DNA of 64,000 nucleotides from Mizuhopecten yessoensis (taxonomy: Eukaryota), in contig NW_018408838.1 of the NCBI RefSeq assembly GCF_002113885.1, positions 477,108 through 541,107 on the forward strand, given 5' to 3'. Shown piece after piece: positions 13,829 through 26,740 of this stretch; the first letter of the stretch is position 1, and every line of letters begins with the position of its first letter. Under the pieces are notes generated by a model, which had not been told where the DNA came from, did no database searches, and worked only from the letters and a program-made list of their open reading frames with translations. The position numbers and the translations under genes are program-made.

Positions 13829-13959
13829 AGTTTATATACATTAGATGCCTTGATATTTAATACAAAGCAAAGGCCCCCATTACTTGGTCGACAACTTCCT
13901 GGTTGTAACAATACTATTTGGTTCTCCCATGATCGTCATCTGGTTACATAAAATATAAG

Positions 13960-14550
13960 TTAATATCTACCATGAACCAGTTTCTTTTATACTATGTAAC
14001 AGTTTATATCCACAATGTAATAGTTCGTATATACCATGTAAACAGTGTATATCTACTGTGCAACAGCTTAAATCTTCTATGTAACAAGTAGTATATTCTA
14101 TGTATACGTGATAGGTTGTTTATACCATGTATACAGTTTATATCTACTGCGTGACAGTTTATATCGACCACGTATTCTGATATATCTACTTTGTAACAGT
14201 TTTTATATTCTATGTAACAGTTAATATATACTCTGTAACAGTACATATATGTAATATAACAGTTAATATATACTCTGTAACAGTACATACATGTAATATA
14301 ACAGTTAATATATACTCTGTAACAGTAAATACATGTAATATAACAGTTAATATATACTCTGTAACAGTACATATATGTAATATAACAGTTAATATATACT
14401 CTATAACAGTACATATATGTAATATAACACTTAATATATACTCTGTAACAGTACATATATGTAATATAACAGTTAATATATACTCTGTAACCTAAATATA
14501 TGTAATATAACAGTTAATATATACTCTGTAACAATAAATACATGTAATAT
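13960..14550. repeat. 42-bp repeat (dimer of 21-bp units), degenerate at the left and homogeneous from ~14215
   Basis: Unit AACAGTTAATATATACTCTGTAACAGTACATATATGTAATAT. Confidence 0.92.
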
Positions 14551-15387
14551 TGTTTTATTCTATGCTGCAAAAAAAACGGTTTATAATAAAATGAGCATTG
14601 GGCTCTGTTGCGTAGGATAGGAAATTGATGTTTGGCGTGTATGTGGTACACAAAATGCGTTTCAAAGCGTGTGAATTATCTAACCAATACTTGTTGTATG
14701 TGTTAATAAATCATATATGTAAGGAAACTGAGCGGGAATATGTTAATATTTAGAAAAAAGAGTTTAAATAGGAATAAATAATGTTGGATATTGCACATAC
14801 TTTTCTATCTGATGTAAATGCTATTTTTAGAAACAATACACGCCCTTTACTTGACATCATAGTTTGCGATTAACTTTGGGACATGTGTCCCGTGCAGCTT
14901 AACACACCATCTGAGGAAATATTTTCATTAACAATTTCATGAATTTCTAGACATACCAAAAGTTTAAACGCATTGTAAAAATCACCACAAACGTTCATTC
15001 TAGCATCTACAAAAGACGTTAATATATGATAATGAAGGAATTCAGAAGAAAAAAAGTTCAAGTCTGGTTCCAAGCATACTGTAAAAAGACATTTTTAAAA
15101 GCGATCGATCTGTTGACCGCCACACTTCCGGCTGTTCTTTATCTGTCGTTGCTCCAACGTGGGTCTCTGTATCAGGTGTGCCTTCACCACAACATACGAT
15201 ACAAAGTCAGTAGGGATCGCAACCGTATGTAAATGTACACGTTTCGGTAGCAATAGGACTATGAACATATTGTCCCTTGTAATGCTTCTGTTGGAAGCTT
15301 TATCGAATGTAATTGATAATTTGACAGCACGACATATTGTCGAGCTTTGTTACTCTGATCACCTAATACCCAACCTTAATTATTCAC

Positions 15388-15920
15388 TCATCCAGTCAGC
15401 ACTAATCCGTCACTAATCCAGTCAGCACTAATCCATCACTAATCCAGTCAGCACTAATCCATCGCTAATCCGATCAGCACTAATCCGTCACTAAACCAGT
15501 CAGCACTAATCCATCACTAATCTAGTCAGCACTAATCCGTCGCTAATCCAGTCAGCACTAATCCGTTACTAATCCAGTCAGCACTAATCCATCACTAATC
15601 TAGTCAGCACTAATCCATCACTAATCCGATCAGCTCTAAACCGTCACTAATCCAGTCAGCACTAATCCATCACTATCCGATCAGCACTAATCCGTCACTA
15701 ATCCAGTCGGCACTAATCCATCACTAATCCAGTCAGCACTAATCCATCACTATTCCATTCAGCACTAATCCATCACTAATCCAATCAGCACTAATCCATC
15801 ACTAATCCAGTCAGCACTAATCCATCACTAATCCGATCAGCACTAATCCGTCACTAATCCAGTCAGCACTAATCCATCACTAATCCAGTCTGCATTAATC
15901 CATCACTAATCCAGTCAGCA
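15388..15920. repeat. 26-bp minisatellite (15+11 dimer, ~20 copies)
   Basis: Unit ATCCAGTCAGCACTAATCCATCACTA. Confidence 0.95.
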
Positions 15921-16094
15921 GTTATCAAAACCTATTTACTTAGCACTAAATCACCTCTGATCCAGCCAACTTAATTCAGCACTAAATCAGTCACGATCAA
16001 TCCACTAACAATCTAGTAACAGCTAATCCGGTTGTCCCGCTTTCCAATCATCACTTAAGAGGTTGTTCCAATACCCAGCCTAGTTCATGAGTTT

Positions 16095-17746
16095 TACACT
16101 TATCTGGTTTTCCAACTATCCATATATCACTTATCCTGTTGTTCAACTATTCAGATATTAATACTAGGCCAGGTACATTATCTCACTTTTCAGATACCAT
16201 TAATCATATTGTCCCACTATCCAGCTATAAATAGTCAAGTTGTCAAACTATCCTAATATCAATCAACCTGTTGTCTCACTATCCAGATATCAATAACCCA
16301 GTTGCCTCACTATCCAGATGGCATTAATCAAGTCGTCACACTATCAAGCTTTTACTACTATTACTAATCCAATTGTCCAACTTTCGAGATAGCACTTACC
16401 TAGTTGTCTCACTATCCAGATATCATAAACCCAGTTGTACAACTGTTAAAATATTTCTAATCCACTGGTCCAACTATCGATATATCACTATTCTAGTCAC
16501 TATCCAGATATCACTAATCCAGTGGTCCTACTATCGCGATGACACTTACCCAGTGGTCCTACTATTGCGATAGCACTAATACAATGGTCCCACTTTCCAT
16601 ATATCACTTATCCAGTGGTCCCACTATCCAGATATCACTTATCCAATGGTCCCACTATCCAGATATCACTTATCTAGGGGTCCCACTATCCAGAAATCAC
16701 TTATCCAGTGGTGCCACTATCCAGATATCACTTATCCAATGCTCCCACTATCCAGATATCACTTATCCAGTGGTCCCTCTATCCAGATATCACTTATCCA
16801 GTGGTCCCTCTATCCAGATATCACTTATCCAGTGGTCCCACTACCCAGATATCACTTATCCAATGGTCCCACTATCCAGAAATCACTTATCCAGTGGTGC
16901 CACTATCCAGATATCACTTATCCAATGCTCCCACTATCCAGATATCTCTTATTCAGTGGTCCCACTATCCAGATATCACTTATCAAGTGGTCCCACTATC
17001 CAGATATCACTTATCAAGTGGTCCCACTATCCAGATATCACTTATCAAGTGGTCCCACTATCCAGATATCACTTATCAAGGGGTCCCACTATCCAGATAT
17101 CACTTATCCAATGCTCCCACTATCCAGATATCACTTATCCAGTGGTCCCCCTATCCAGATAGCACTTATCCAGTGGCCCCACTATCCAGATATCACTTAT
17201 CCAGTGGTCCCACTACCCAGATATCACTTATCCAATGGTCCCACTATCCAGACATCACTTATCCAGTGGTCTCACTATCCAGATATCACTTATCCAGTGG
17301 TCTCACTATCCAGATATCACTTATCCAGTGGTCTCACTATCCAGATATCACTTATCCAGTGGTCCCCCTATCCAGATAGCACTTATCCAGTGGCCCCACT
17401 ATCCAGATATCACTTATCCAGTGGTCCCGCTATCCAGAGAGCACTTATCCAGTGGTCCCACTATCCAGATATTACTTATCCAGTGCTCCCACTATCCAGA
17501 AATCACTTATCCAGTGGTCCCACTATCCAGATATCACTTATCAAGGGGTCCCACTATCCAGATATCACTTATCCAGTGCTCCCACTATCCAGATATCACT
17601 TATCCAATGGTTCCACTATCCAGATATCACTTATCCAGTGGTCTCACTATCCAGATATCACTTATCCAGTGGTCCCGCTATCCAGAGAGCACTTATCCAG
17701 TGGTCCCACTATCCAGATATCACCTATCCAGTGGCCCCACTATCCA
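16095..17746. repeat. 31-bp minisatellite (15+16 dimer), homogeneous 16590-17746 with a degenerate left flank
   Basis: Unit TATCCAGATATCACTTATCCAGTGGTCCCAC. Confidence 0.96.
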
Positions 17747-18180
17747 CAACTATGGGCATATAGGGTCAAAATAATCTTTAAGTATAGAACAAGCATTTGT
17801 AGAATCAGAATTATAATAATATTTAGCATCGTCTATCTTATAAAATCAGCAGCAGGCTAGTCTTTGAAAGTCAGAATAGTGCAAGGTTGTAAAATATGAA
17901 CTAAAATATCGTGTAGAGATTGAAACGCTGAACAGTTAATAACATGTCCGATCGTGTCCAAAACACAGCTAACGGTGTTTACCTTAGTTAGCGTCGATTG
18001 GAAGCTATGCTCACTTGCAAAGTAACCATGACACTTTATATTTTGTATTAATGTTATTCATTCATCGCCAAATAACGTAGGGAACCCATCTCCTATTATA
18101 TTCAAAAGTAAAATTTAGAATATGATTTTACGAAATACATTGTTTTCATTACGTTGCAGATATAGTTATATAGATCAAAC

Positions 18181-18925
18181 ATGACCACGGGAATGTTTTA
18201 TCCGGTTGTCGTCCTGGTCCTTCTATGTAGCCAGACATTTGATAGGTAAGTACATTTTCCAAGCTGACCTCTTGTAACAATTTTACAAATATGTAAGTGT
18301 GTTTTCACGTATACATGCTATGAATTTATACTAGAGTGTCGAAGAATGATACAGACAAAACAATAAACTTGCTTCTTCAGATGCAATTCATACTTATGAA
18401 ACAAAACACATCAGTACGTGACGTTCCGAATAAAAAAATGCAATAAAGTTTATGAAACTTTATATTATTAGAGTCATTCTCGGATCCGTATATTATTATT
18501 TTACTATAATTAAAGAGTGTGGTTTTAATAGAAATAATAATAACAGTTATGAAAATAATAATTCATTTTGTGCATTATTCGTTTTATATTTCTGTCCGGA
18601 TTTGTTTTGAAGCACATTGGCTGCAACAGATTCAGTTACAATGAGTACTATGACAACTGCCTCGGTGAACCCGACCACTACCTCGCTGAACCTGACAACC
18701 ATGGAAACATCAGAAGCCGCCACAAATGGGACGACACCAACAGCTGTTACCGGATCCCACCCAACTATTGTTACTAGAACAAACCCTACTAATGTTGCTG
18801 TAACCCACTCGACGCCCCCCAATACCACCATTCCATCTAGTGCCGGGCTTACTTCCGTATCGCCAGCATTATTCCTTATGTCCATTGTCCTATCTCTCGC
18901 TGTAAACAAAGCACGCCAATGGTAG
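18181..18925 (+). CDS. Small secreted Thr/Ser-rich mucin-like protein with a probable GPI signal, 125 aa; join(18181..18245,18613..18925)
   Basis: Acceptor TTGCAG at 18158-18159. The exon MTTGMFYPVVVLVLLCSQTFD is signal-peptide-like and ends AG|GTAAGT (phase 2). Acceptor TTTTGAAG|C at 18612 restores the frame of the 18617 ORF. The body is Thr-rich with N-glycosylation sequons (NLT, NGT, NTT), and the C-terminus is SSAG-spacer-ALFLMSIVLSLAV. Confidence 0.85.
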
Positions 18926-20039
18926 CTTACTTTCGTGACACTTTTATATTATAATGTTGTTTAAACATGTTCTTTCTCTGATTAACTGAAACTTATTTTT
19001 CGTTTGTAATGTGTTTTTTATGTTTGTAATATGAGTCATCGATCAATTCTATATTATCATAAATACCGGTATTGTATACAACGCGCGATAACCTGTATCA
19101 GACTCTGTGTTTAGTGGGCACTATCTGATAACGGAAGGGAGTCATGTCATGTCTCGTGCAGCGTTCTCTGTACTTATGTACGTTATCTGTACTGAAGTAA
19201 AGACAGTACACTAACCTTCGACACTACCGGTTAGATACTGCCAGATAGCGGTTATAGTATGTATACATTATAGGATATATAGAACAGTAAATGATATAAT
19301 CCTGCAAGCCGTAATTCTGGACTGAGGGATGGAGCTGTGATGTTTAAATGTGTACCTTTGCAGTTTAAGCTGACCATGGTTTATCAATCAGGTTATCAAT
19401 AGCGAAATTAGTCATATGTCATCCGAGCAATATCTATATTTAATTGTTATCTGGGTATCAATTTGATATCGCCTCACTAGATTGTCCCTTCGTTTAACAT
19501 TGTGATACTATTCGTATTTATCGATTTCACACTCTGTCTTTGGTATTCATTTGTTGTATTGTTTGGATCTAGAACAGTACACACCTTAACCACGAAGTAT
19601 CTTTCATTCTTGCTTCATTACCATGTTTGTCCCTCCGAACTTGATCTTTAAAACTTAAACTGTTCCACCTTCTACCAACCGTTATTCGATCACAAGTCAT
19701 TCATTAAGGCTAATCTTTGAGTTTTGAGTTGAAGAACCATGACGAATTGTGTATATGTGACGCATAATACAAACTATCTTCGAAAATATTGCACGATTCC
19801 CGAGTCTTCCCATGTATTTTCTAAACAGGCTACAATCCGCCAGAAAGGTCATGTTCGTGACCTTGTTAATACGTAAGAGTGTACTCGTCTACGTAGTAGT
19901 TATACAAAGTCATGGTAAAGGCATGGGTTTCTCTGTTAAGTTTAATCATAGTTTCCCTGTTGTCGTGAATAAGAAACGGTTCTAGTTAAAACATGAATTA
20001 TAATAGAACATTGCATTTTGATCGGATTGAAACATTCCA

Positions 20040-20127
20040 TCTCGATGAGTTGAATGATATCTCGATGCATTGAATGATATCTCGATGCGTTGAATGATAT
20101 CTCGATGCGTTGAATGATATCTCGATG
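20040..20127. repeat. 20-bp tandem repeat (~4 copies)
   Basis: Unit TCTCGATGC(G/A)TTGAATGATA. Confidence 0.88.
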
Positions 20128-20344
20128 GCGTTCTGTTTCTATATCTGATACAAGAATTTGGTACGCTTCTATACAATATATATGAGGTTGCGTTAGCCGT
20201 GCCTTACGATTCACTATATACAAGTGGCGTTTCACTAAAGGGCGAAATTTAAGTATTTATTTTTAAGGTGACCTTATTGATATAATAAAGCATTCAAAGT
20301 TGAAAATTTTGATACAGAACAATAAAAAAAAATATTATACATAT

Positions 20345-21040
20345 TACATATTTTCTATGTCTTTTCTTCGTATAAAGTGACATTTAATTAAATATTTTTG
20401 TTTTCTTGGTGCAAAGTGACTTTTAATCAAATATTTTTGTTTTCTTGGTACAAGGTGACATCTAATACGTGTAAATCTTTTTTTTTCTTAGTACAATATG
20501 ACATTTAATACATATAAATCATTTTGTTTCTCGGTTCAAGGTGATGACATTTAAAAAAAAAATGTGTGTTTTCTTTGTAAAAAGTGACATTTAATAAAAT
20601 GTTTTTGTTTTTCTTGGTACAAACTGGTATTAAATTACACATTCTGTTTTCCTTGATACAAAATTTCATTTATCAAAACATTTTGTTTTCTTGGTACAAA
20701 CTGGCATTAAATTAAACATTGTTTCTTCTTGGTACAAAATGTAATTTACGAAAACTTTTTGTTTTCTTTGTACAAAGTGACTTTTAATTAAACATTGGTA
20801 CAAAATGACATTTACTAAAGTATTTTGTGGTTCGTAGGCGACTATTAATTAAACATTTTTGTATTCTTGGTTTCAATTTTCAATCAAATAAACATTTTGT
20901 TTTCTTGGTACAAAGGGACAATTAATTAAAATATTATGTTTTCCAGGTACAAAGTGATATTTAATCAAATAATTTGTATTTTCTTGGTATAAAGTGACAA
21001 TTAATCAAACATTTTTGTTTTCCTGTTACAAAGTGCCATG
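20345..21040. repeat. Degenerate ~40-bp AT-rich tandem repeat (~17 copies)
   Basis: Recurrent TTTTGTTTTCTTGGTACAAAGTGACATTTAATCAAA. Confidence 0.85.
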
Positions 21041-23840
21041 CTTGTATAATTAATACGAAGTAACATTTACTTTTCTAGATGTTTAATTACTAATAAAAAT
21101 AGGACAATTTAATTCTACATGTTTTGTTGTGTTATTAGAAAGTAAAGTTTGATAGAAAACGTGTATTATGTGCATAGTTCCTGTTCATTAAGAATGATTT
21201 ATAAAATGAACAGAACGAGTTATTTCGATGGACATTCCCAATTAGATTTGGTGTGGATATATTTGTCGAAAAAGTCTGATTTATTTTACCCTGCTGTCAA
21301 ATCTCAACGATGAGTGGGTAGTTCTACCAGATTACAGTTTTCACTCCATCAGTAAAACAAGGTGTAGGATGCTATATCCTTATAGTATATTGAATAACCA
21401 TCTATACACATCTAGTGCAGCTGAAATGGATGCAATTTTGTCTTTTCGATATTTAATCCTTATAACTTCACAGACAAGGCTTTATAACATGCTTATCTAC
21501 CAATTCAACTAAATCAATTTTAAACCATTGTTAACCTTACTGTTCTCAGTAAAACGCGGAGTTCAAACAATAAGGTAATGATATACTGTCATAGTGGCAT
21601 AGATAACTAATGGTAAAAATAATCAAACAAGAAAAACGTGAAAGTTATTACATTGTTGAAATCTCCTTCCAAGTTCCATTCTTTACATTAAGTCACATTC
21701 GTAGATACCCTAAGGAAGAAGTTTTGTTATAAACTTAAACTTGGTAATGCAACAAGGGAGATAAACTATAAAACTATTGGGTGATTATTTCCCTTTATTT
21801 GTTATTTATATTCATGCTACACGAAACCCAGATGTGATGAAGGGAATATTTATTGTTCAAGATTATCTCTACATTTTTTTGGTTTACTTCTGGTATGTGT
21901 TTTGTTTCGGTGTCCACTCATTTCCTTTGTGTCTCCACAGTTCCTATGATTTAAAGTCTTCGCAATTCATGTTGTCTCCTCAGTTCTTGCAAGTTCGTGG
22001 CTCCTTAGGTTTTTGCAACTCTGCGTCCTTTAGTTCCAGTTAGTTCGTGTCCGTTTACTTCCTTGTAGTTCCGTGTCTGTTCAGTCCGAGTTAGTTCCGT
22101 GTTGTACGATAAATGTATCCTGTCCGAGTATTGGTAATACAAGTTATCGTCAGTTTGATAAAGATTTACGGTTACTTTAACTAGATTTTGTAAGTTTAAT
22201 AATTTCGAGAATATATGACAAGAAATAAAAATCTTTAGAAGGAAGTTTTATGATTTATGAAATATTATATTTGTAGTAGATTTAATCCCATTCAGGTGAA
22301 AAAGGAAATAAGAAATTGAATAATAAGTATGACAACTAAAAAGCATTCAAAGATGTTGATAAACGAAAAAGAAAAAAAAACATTTCCCGTCGATGATGGT
22401 TGTGTTTTATTGTATTCGGTGTCGTTGCACATGTTTCTTTTCTTGACCAACCTAGATTTTGTTAAATATGCCCATATTTAGTGTAACGCAGATTAGCTTG
22501 AAAAGGAACATTTACACATTGTATCAGGGTTATAGCTCAAACATCGTGTGGCCTGTTTTAGAGTGGCAGGTTTTAAACCTTACATGTAACGCCTCCAGTA
22601 ACAGTCTAGAATATACACATGAATGCTTATATATTCATATCTTATTGTCCCATCTGCACGCTAATGTCCTAAGGTCAATGAGAAACTTGGACAAATACTT
22701 GAGGTTTTACATATAATAAACTAAGTCAAACTATGTGGTTTACGTTTCAGTTCGTTGACGTTGTTAACTACTTGTCTATACTACTTTGAGCCATTCATAT
22801 GAGGAAGACCATGCAGGTGATGATTATGTATCAACGAACATGCAGGCTTAAGCAGTGATCAAAGAATGATTATCAACCTAAAGTTGATCAGAAAGACATT
22901 ATCTATTGTTATCATATACTTACACGTATATGTATTTACATCAATGTATATAGACATAAAATTAATTTCTCATTATGCATACACAAATTAAACTGGATTT
23001 GAAATTCGTACGAACTAGAACACATTCCCACACAGACAAGTACGCCACACACTAGTGTCAAGGATAAACAACTGATAAATTGAATAGCATTGCACTATTT
23101 CGTCCTGAACGCCATTTTAATTGAAATGACAATAAATCCATGATGTTTTCTCTGAGCTTGGCCTCTCCTTTGTTCAAAATTGACAAAATTATCATTTAAA
23201 ATTACATAAATTGTCGACAAATTGATATTGTCAAACATTAATGGAACTCTAAATCGATAAAACTAAGACAAACTACAAGGAAAGGGAATATTTAAATGGA
23301 GTCAAATGAAAAAGAACCAGTAGAAAAAGTCCAGGAGTTATATCACTGCTTGAGACTGTATGTTCGTAGATCACAACCACATCAGGAATACTAAGGAAAC
23401 GTACTTATTGATCTACGTATAAGTACTCGTGACAGGTTAGATCATATGTAAAAGCGAGTCCTTTCAGCAATGAATATATCAATTGTAACCTAGAGCTTTT
23501 CGTTGCCAAAAGTGGTTCAATAATTTGAATAACACGGGTGTTGTTGTTTTTTTGTCTTGAAAGTAATAAAATATTTCAAAGTTAAAAAACCTTGTTTGAA
23601 TGTACATTTAAAAGGTAAACGTTATAAAATAAAAGACATGTCCATCCTATATGTATGCCTTTATTGCAAGAGATGACACGATTTCACAGAAACAAGGCAG
23701 TTTCAAATGAAAAAAGAATGCATTTGTGACGGTAAAAAAATATTAATATCCAATGATCTTATTTACATTTCATCCAAATATGGACAACGGCCAACTTAAC
23801 GAGATTCAGTTGTCAGACAATGATCAGCACAATCGTGTAG

Positions 23841-25524
23841 TTATTTAGACTCCCTTCCATATCTGCGTCTTACTGCACCACGTCTGACAATGACACTTTC
23901 AGTGCTCTCATCACTCCGTCGTGATCCGGAATCTTGTTCTCCGTTTCGGTCACCATTTAGACAAGACATGCTATCAACTTCACAAGGGTGAAGGTATGTA
24001 GGATCCTCTTCGCCACTGATAGACTCGACGCAATTGTAATACATAGCGTTATCCCAGGAAAGACTGCGCGTGTATCGTTCTTCATTACCATTCTTATCCT
24101 TAGAATTAGAGGACTCGTTAACTTCACATTGGTCTTTCAACGTGTCGTTTTCGTAAAGTGGCTCTTTGAAGTCGATTCCAATATCTCTTACATTACAATA
24201 AATTGGCGCTTCTAAACATTCACTACCATCAACACATTTTTCATATGTATGTTCGCTCGTGTCTGTCAACGCACTGAGGTCGCGTGGCATGGACATGTAT
24301 GGATTGTCTATGACATTGTAAGGTCCAGATGCAGTCCTACTAATGGGCAATAGTGATTGCTGTTTGTTGTCTTTTTCACTCCTCATAGCTTTTCTACAGT
24401 TGCATTTGATGTATTCTGTTTCAGTTCGGACCGCCTCTGCTAGTTCTGGGTATTTAGATTTCAAACATTCCCATAGAACGCTTAATCCGTTACTTTTAGC
24501 ATCTTTTGTGCATTTGAATATAACAATCCACGACTCCCGGCAACTTTGCCTTTGAAGGACATACTGAACATCCTCCCGTAGAAGCACTCCCGAACTGTAC
24601 AATCTATCCACAACATCACCGATGTCCACGTCGCGGGCAATTTTACAAGCCAGACACTCTCTGGTGGTAAACATGCTTTTATCCTTAGATTCAGTTTTAA
24701 CAAGTTTCTCGAAGAGATGCGAATGAGAGAGGCGTAGAGCCTGTTTGAATTTTTCGAACTTTTTTGGGCCGTATACGGCCAATTGTGTAAGAAGTGTCCT
24801 AGTCTTTTTCCTTCTGTTACGTATCCGCCGGAGCGACTCCACATCGGCCGTACACATGACTTCCTCCTCCAACAGTTGGTCCAGTAATTGTGTTGAATCC
24901 AACTGCAAGTCGTTCATCAAATGCAAGTGATTTTCTCTCAAGACCGTCTGGTACGGCTCCTCTTGTTGACAGGGGGACTCTGATGGACATGATAGTAAAC
25001 ATGGAATTACATGTTCACATATGTATGCTGAACTCTTATTTGTATGTACACAAATCGATATTGTTAATGGAAACGGGTGCATTATACATATTTATATAGT
25101 ATAACATTGTTATAAGACACTGGGAAACATTTGACACCCATACATTTTGATACCGTTTTAGCGCCAACGACGTAAAAATATTGTAATATTACTATATAAT
25201 TTATTCTAAGAGCAAATAAAAGACAAGTGACAAACCTCTATCACACGGTTTAACTTGAAGGTTATATGTGGAGCCGTCACTACAGTTGTCCTGGCTGTGA
25301 GTAGGCACCACTGGGGTGTGTCTCTTTCTCTTAGCGGCGGGTAGGTATGCCGGGCGTGAGATGTGGTCGCGCGTGCTTGCACACCCCAGGATTTTCTCCA
25401 TTTGGTTCACTGCCGACTGTATCTTCATGGCTGCAAGCTCTGTCCCGAGACGTTCCAATTCAGCAGCAGATAGGTTATTTAAATCACATAATATGAATTT
25501 TATTTGATCCTTTGAATAATCCAT
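23841..25524 (-). CDS. Gene A: tandem CARD/death-fold protein with a Tyr-motif-rich acidic tail, ~475 aa; complement(join(23841..24979,25236..25524))
   Basis: The exon begins TTTCAG|ATG at 25524. Phase-1 donor G|GTTTGT (25236) joins acceptor CATCAG| (24979) in frame. CARD-like segment YQTVLRENHLHLMNDLQLDSTQLLDQLLEEEVM...RRKKTRTLLTQLAVYGPKKFEKFKQALRLSHSHLFEKL, then a second death-fold-like segment RDVDIGDVVDRLYSSGVL...SKYPELAEAV. Clearly homologous to gene B. A short upstream coding exon cannot be excluded. Confidence 0.85.
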
Positions 25525-26037
25525 CTGAAAAAGAAAACAAAGGTACAACATTTTAAAGACAATAAATGTAACCATGATCAATCGGGAACCGTCCGATCCG
25601 TGTTCATATTAAAGCGAAGTTAAGCAGCAGTGACTTATAAACCCAAACGTTAGCTTTTACCTATTTAAAATACCTACATGATTGGAAAGGGAGTAATTGA
25701 ACGTTCCTTTTTGAACTTTCAGTTCTGAGTTCATATCAACTCTATATTTTATAAACTATTATCTTTGAAGTTTGAAATATCACCACCCACTCATAGAACC
25801 ACGTTTTCCCCATGGATTTTGTTCTTTGTCACGAACAGGCTCGACAGGATGTGGCAAGCATAATTTCTATAGCTACATACAGTATATTATGCTTTCGGTG
25901 TTATTTCAGCACGCCCATATCTCGTAACCCATAGCTAACCTAGTCAATAGAGATATGTATGCATATCTAGTTTATAAAATGTACAATAAAGGGCCGGAGA
26001 AACATTCACCTTCCAAGAAGTAAATATAGTCAGAACC

Positions 26038-26235
26038 AGGGTATCGTTTCACGAGGCGTACGTAAATTTACGGGTACACATACACCGTACGTAAGTTTTT
26101 TTGGTCCGTTTCACGACGCACGCGTAAGTTACGAGTGCACGTAAATAAAGTTACGGGTACCCGTAAATTACGGCCAAAACCGCACGTAACTTACGCCAAC
26201 AAATACCTGCCGTAAATCACACGTAAGTTTACTTT
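26038..26235. repeat. Cluster of short palindromes (TTACG...CGTAA), possibly a DNA-transposon terminus
   Basis: CGTTTCACGA occurs twice (~26046 and ~26107). Palindromes include TTACGAGTGCACGTAA and TTACGGGTACCCGTAA. Confidence 0.5.
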
Positions 26236-26424
26236 TAGAAGTCATAAAAGGAAACAAATGGCTGCCGCGTTGTGTTTATTTGATATAAATAAATTCGAGT
26301 GGGCCTTACGTAGGGGAAGATTGTGTCTAAACCAACAAAACACAAGTAGGGGCCAAAAGTATAGTATTTTCCCAATATTTTTCTTGGATGGTAACAGCGA
26401 CGGCCTTTTTATTGCTATATAAAT

Positions 26425-26740
26425 GGGCGGATTGGTCGAGTGGTTAACACTCTGGCCTTCCAAGCAGGCGGCCGGGGTTCGATCCCCGAAGTCGCCGTAC
26501 GCATGGAATATTAGAGAAAGCGTTATTCTCCTGCCCACACAACTCTAACAACCCAGGTGGAGTATAAAATGGTCTGGGGTGGGTGTTACGGTATCTGTGC
26601 TGTAGCATTCAAGTGAGGTGGCACTATAAATGATACCGTTGGAAGCACTACAAACAGAACACATTACATCTCCAGCACACACACAGGCATACACACATAG
26701 GGAGATATTAGCCAGGTGGCTAAAAAAATCAAAAAAATCT
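26425..26740 (+). mobile_element. tRNA-derived SINE
   Basis: Pol III box A TGGTCGAGTGG (26433) and box B GGTTCGATCCC (26476), followed by a non-tRNA body and an A-rich tail. The head shares GGCGGCCGGGGTTCGAT(C/T)CCC with the copy at 58062. Confidence 0.85.

Noticed and set aside
14004-17860. ORFs up to 404 aa in the 42-bp and 31-bp arrays
   Set aside because: Repeat-derived, with the same peptide cycling through frames.
24980-25082. N-terminus MHPFPLTISIC... of the 413-aa ORF
   Set aside because: It lies upstream of a phase-compatible acceptor at 24980-24981 and is interpreted as intron. The paralogue has a phase-1 intron at the equivalent position.
26425-26500. tRNA gene candidates (also at 58062 and 63376)
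   Set aside because: A and B boxes are present but there is no complete cloverleaf, and they continue into SINE bodies.
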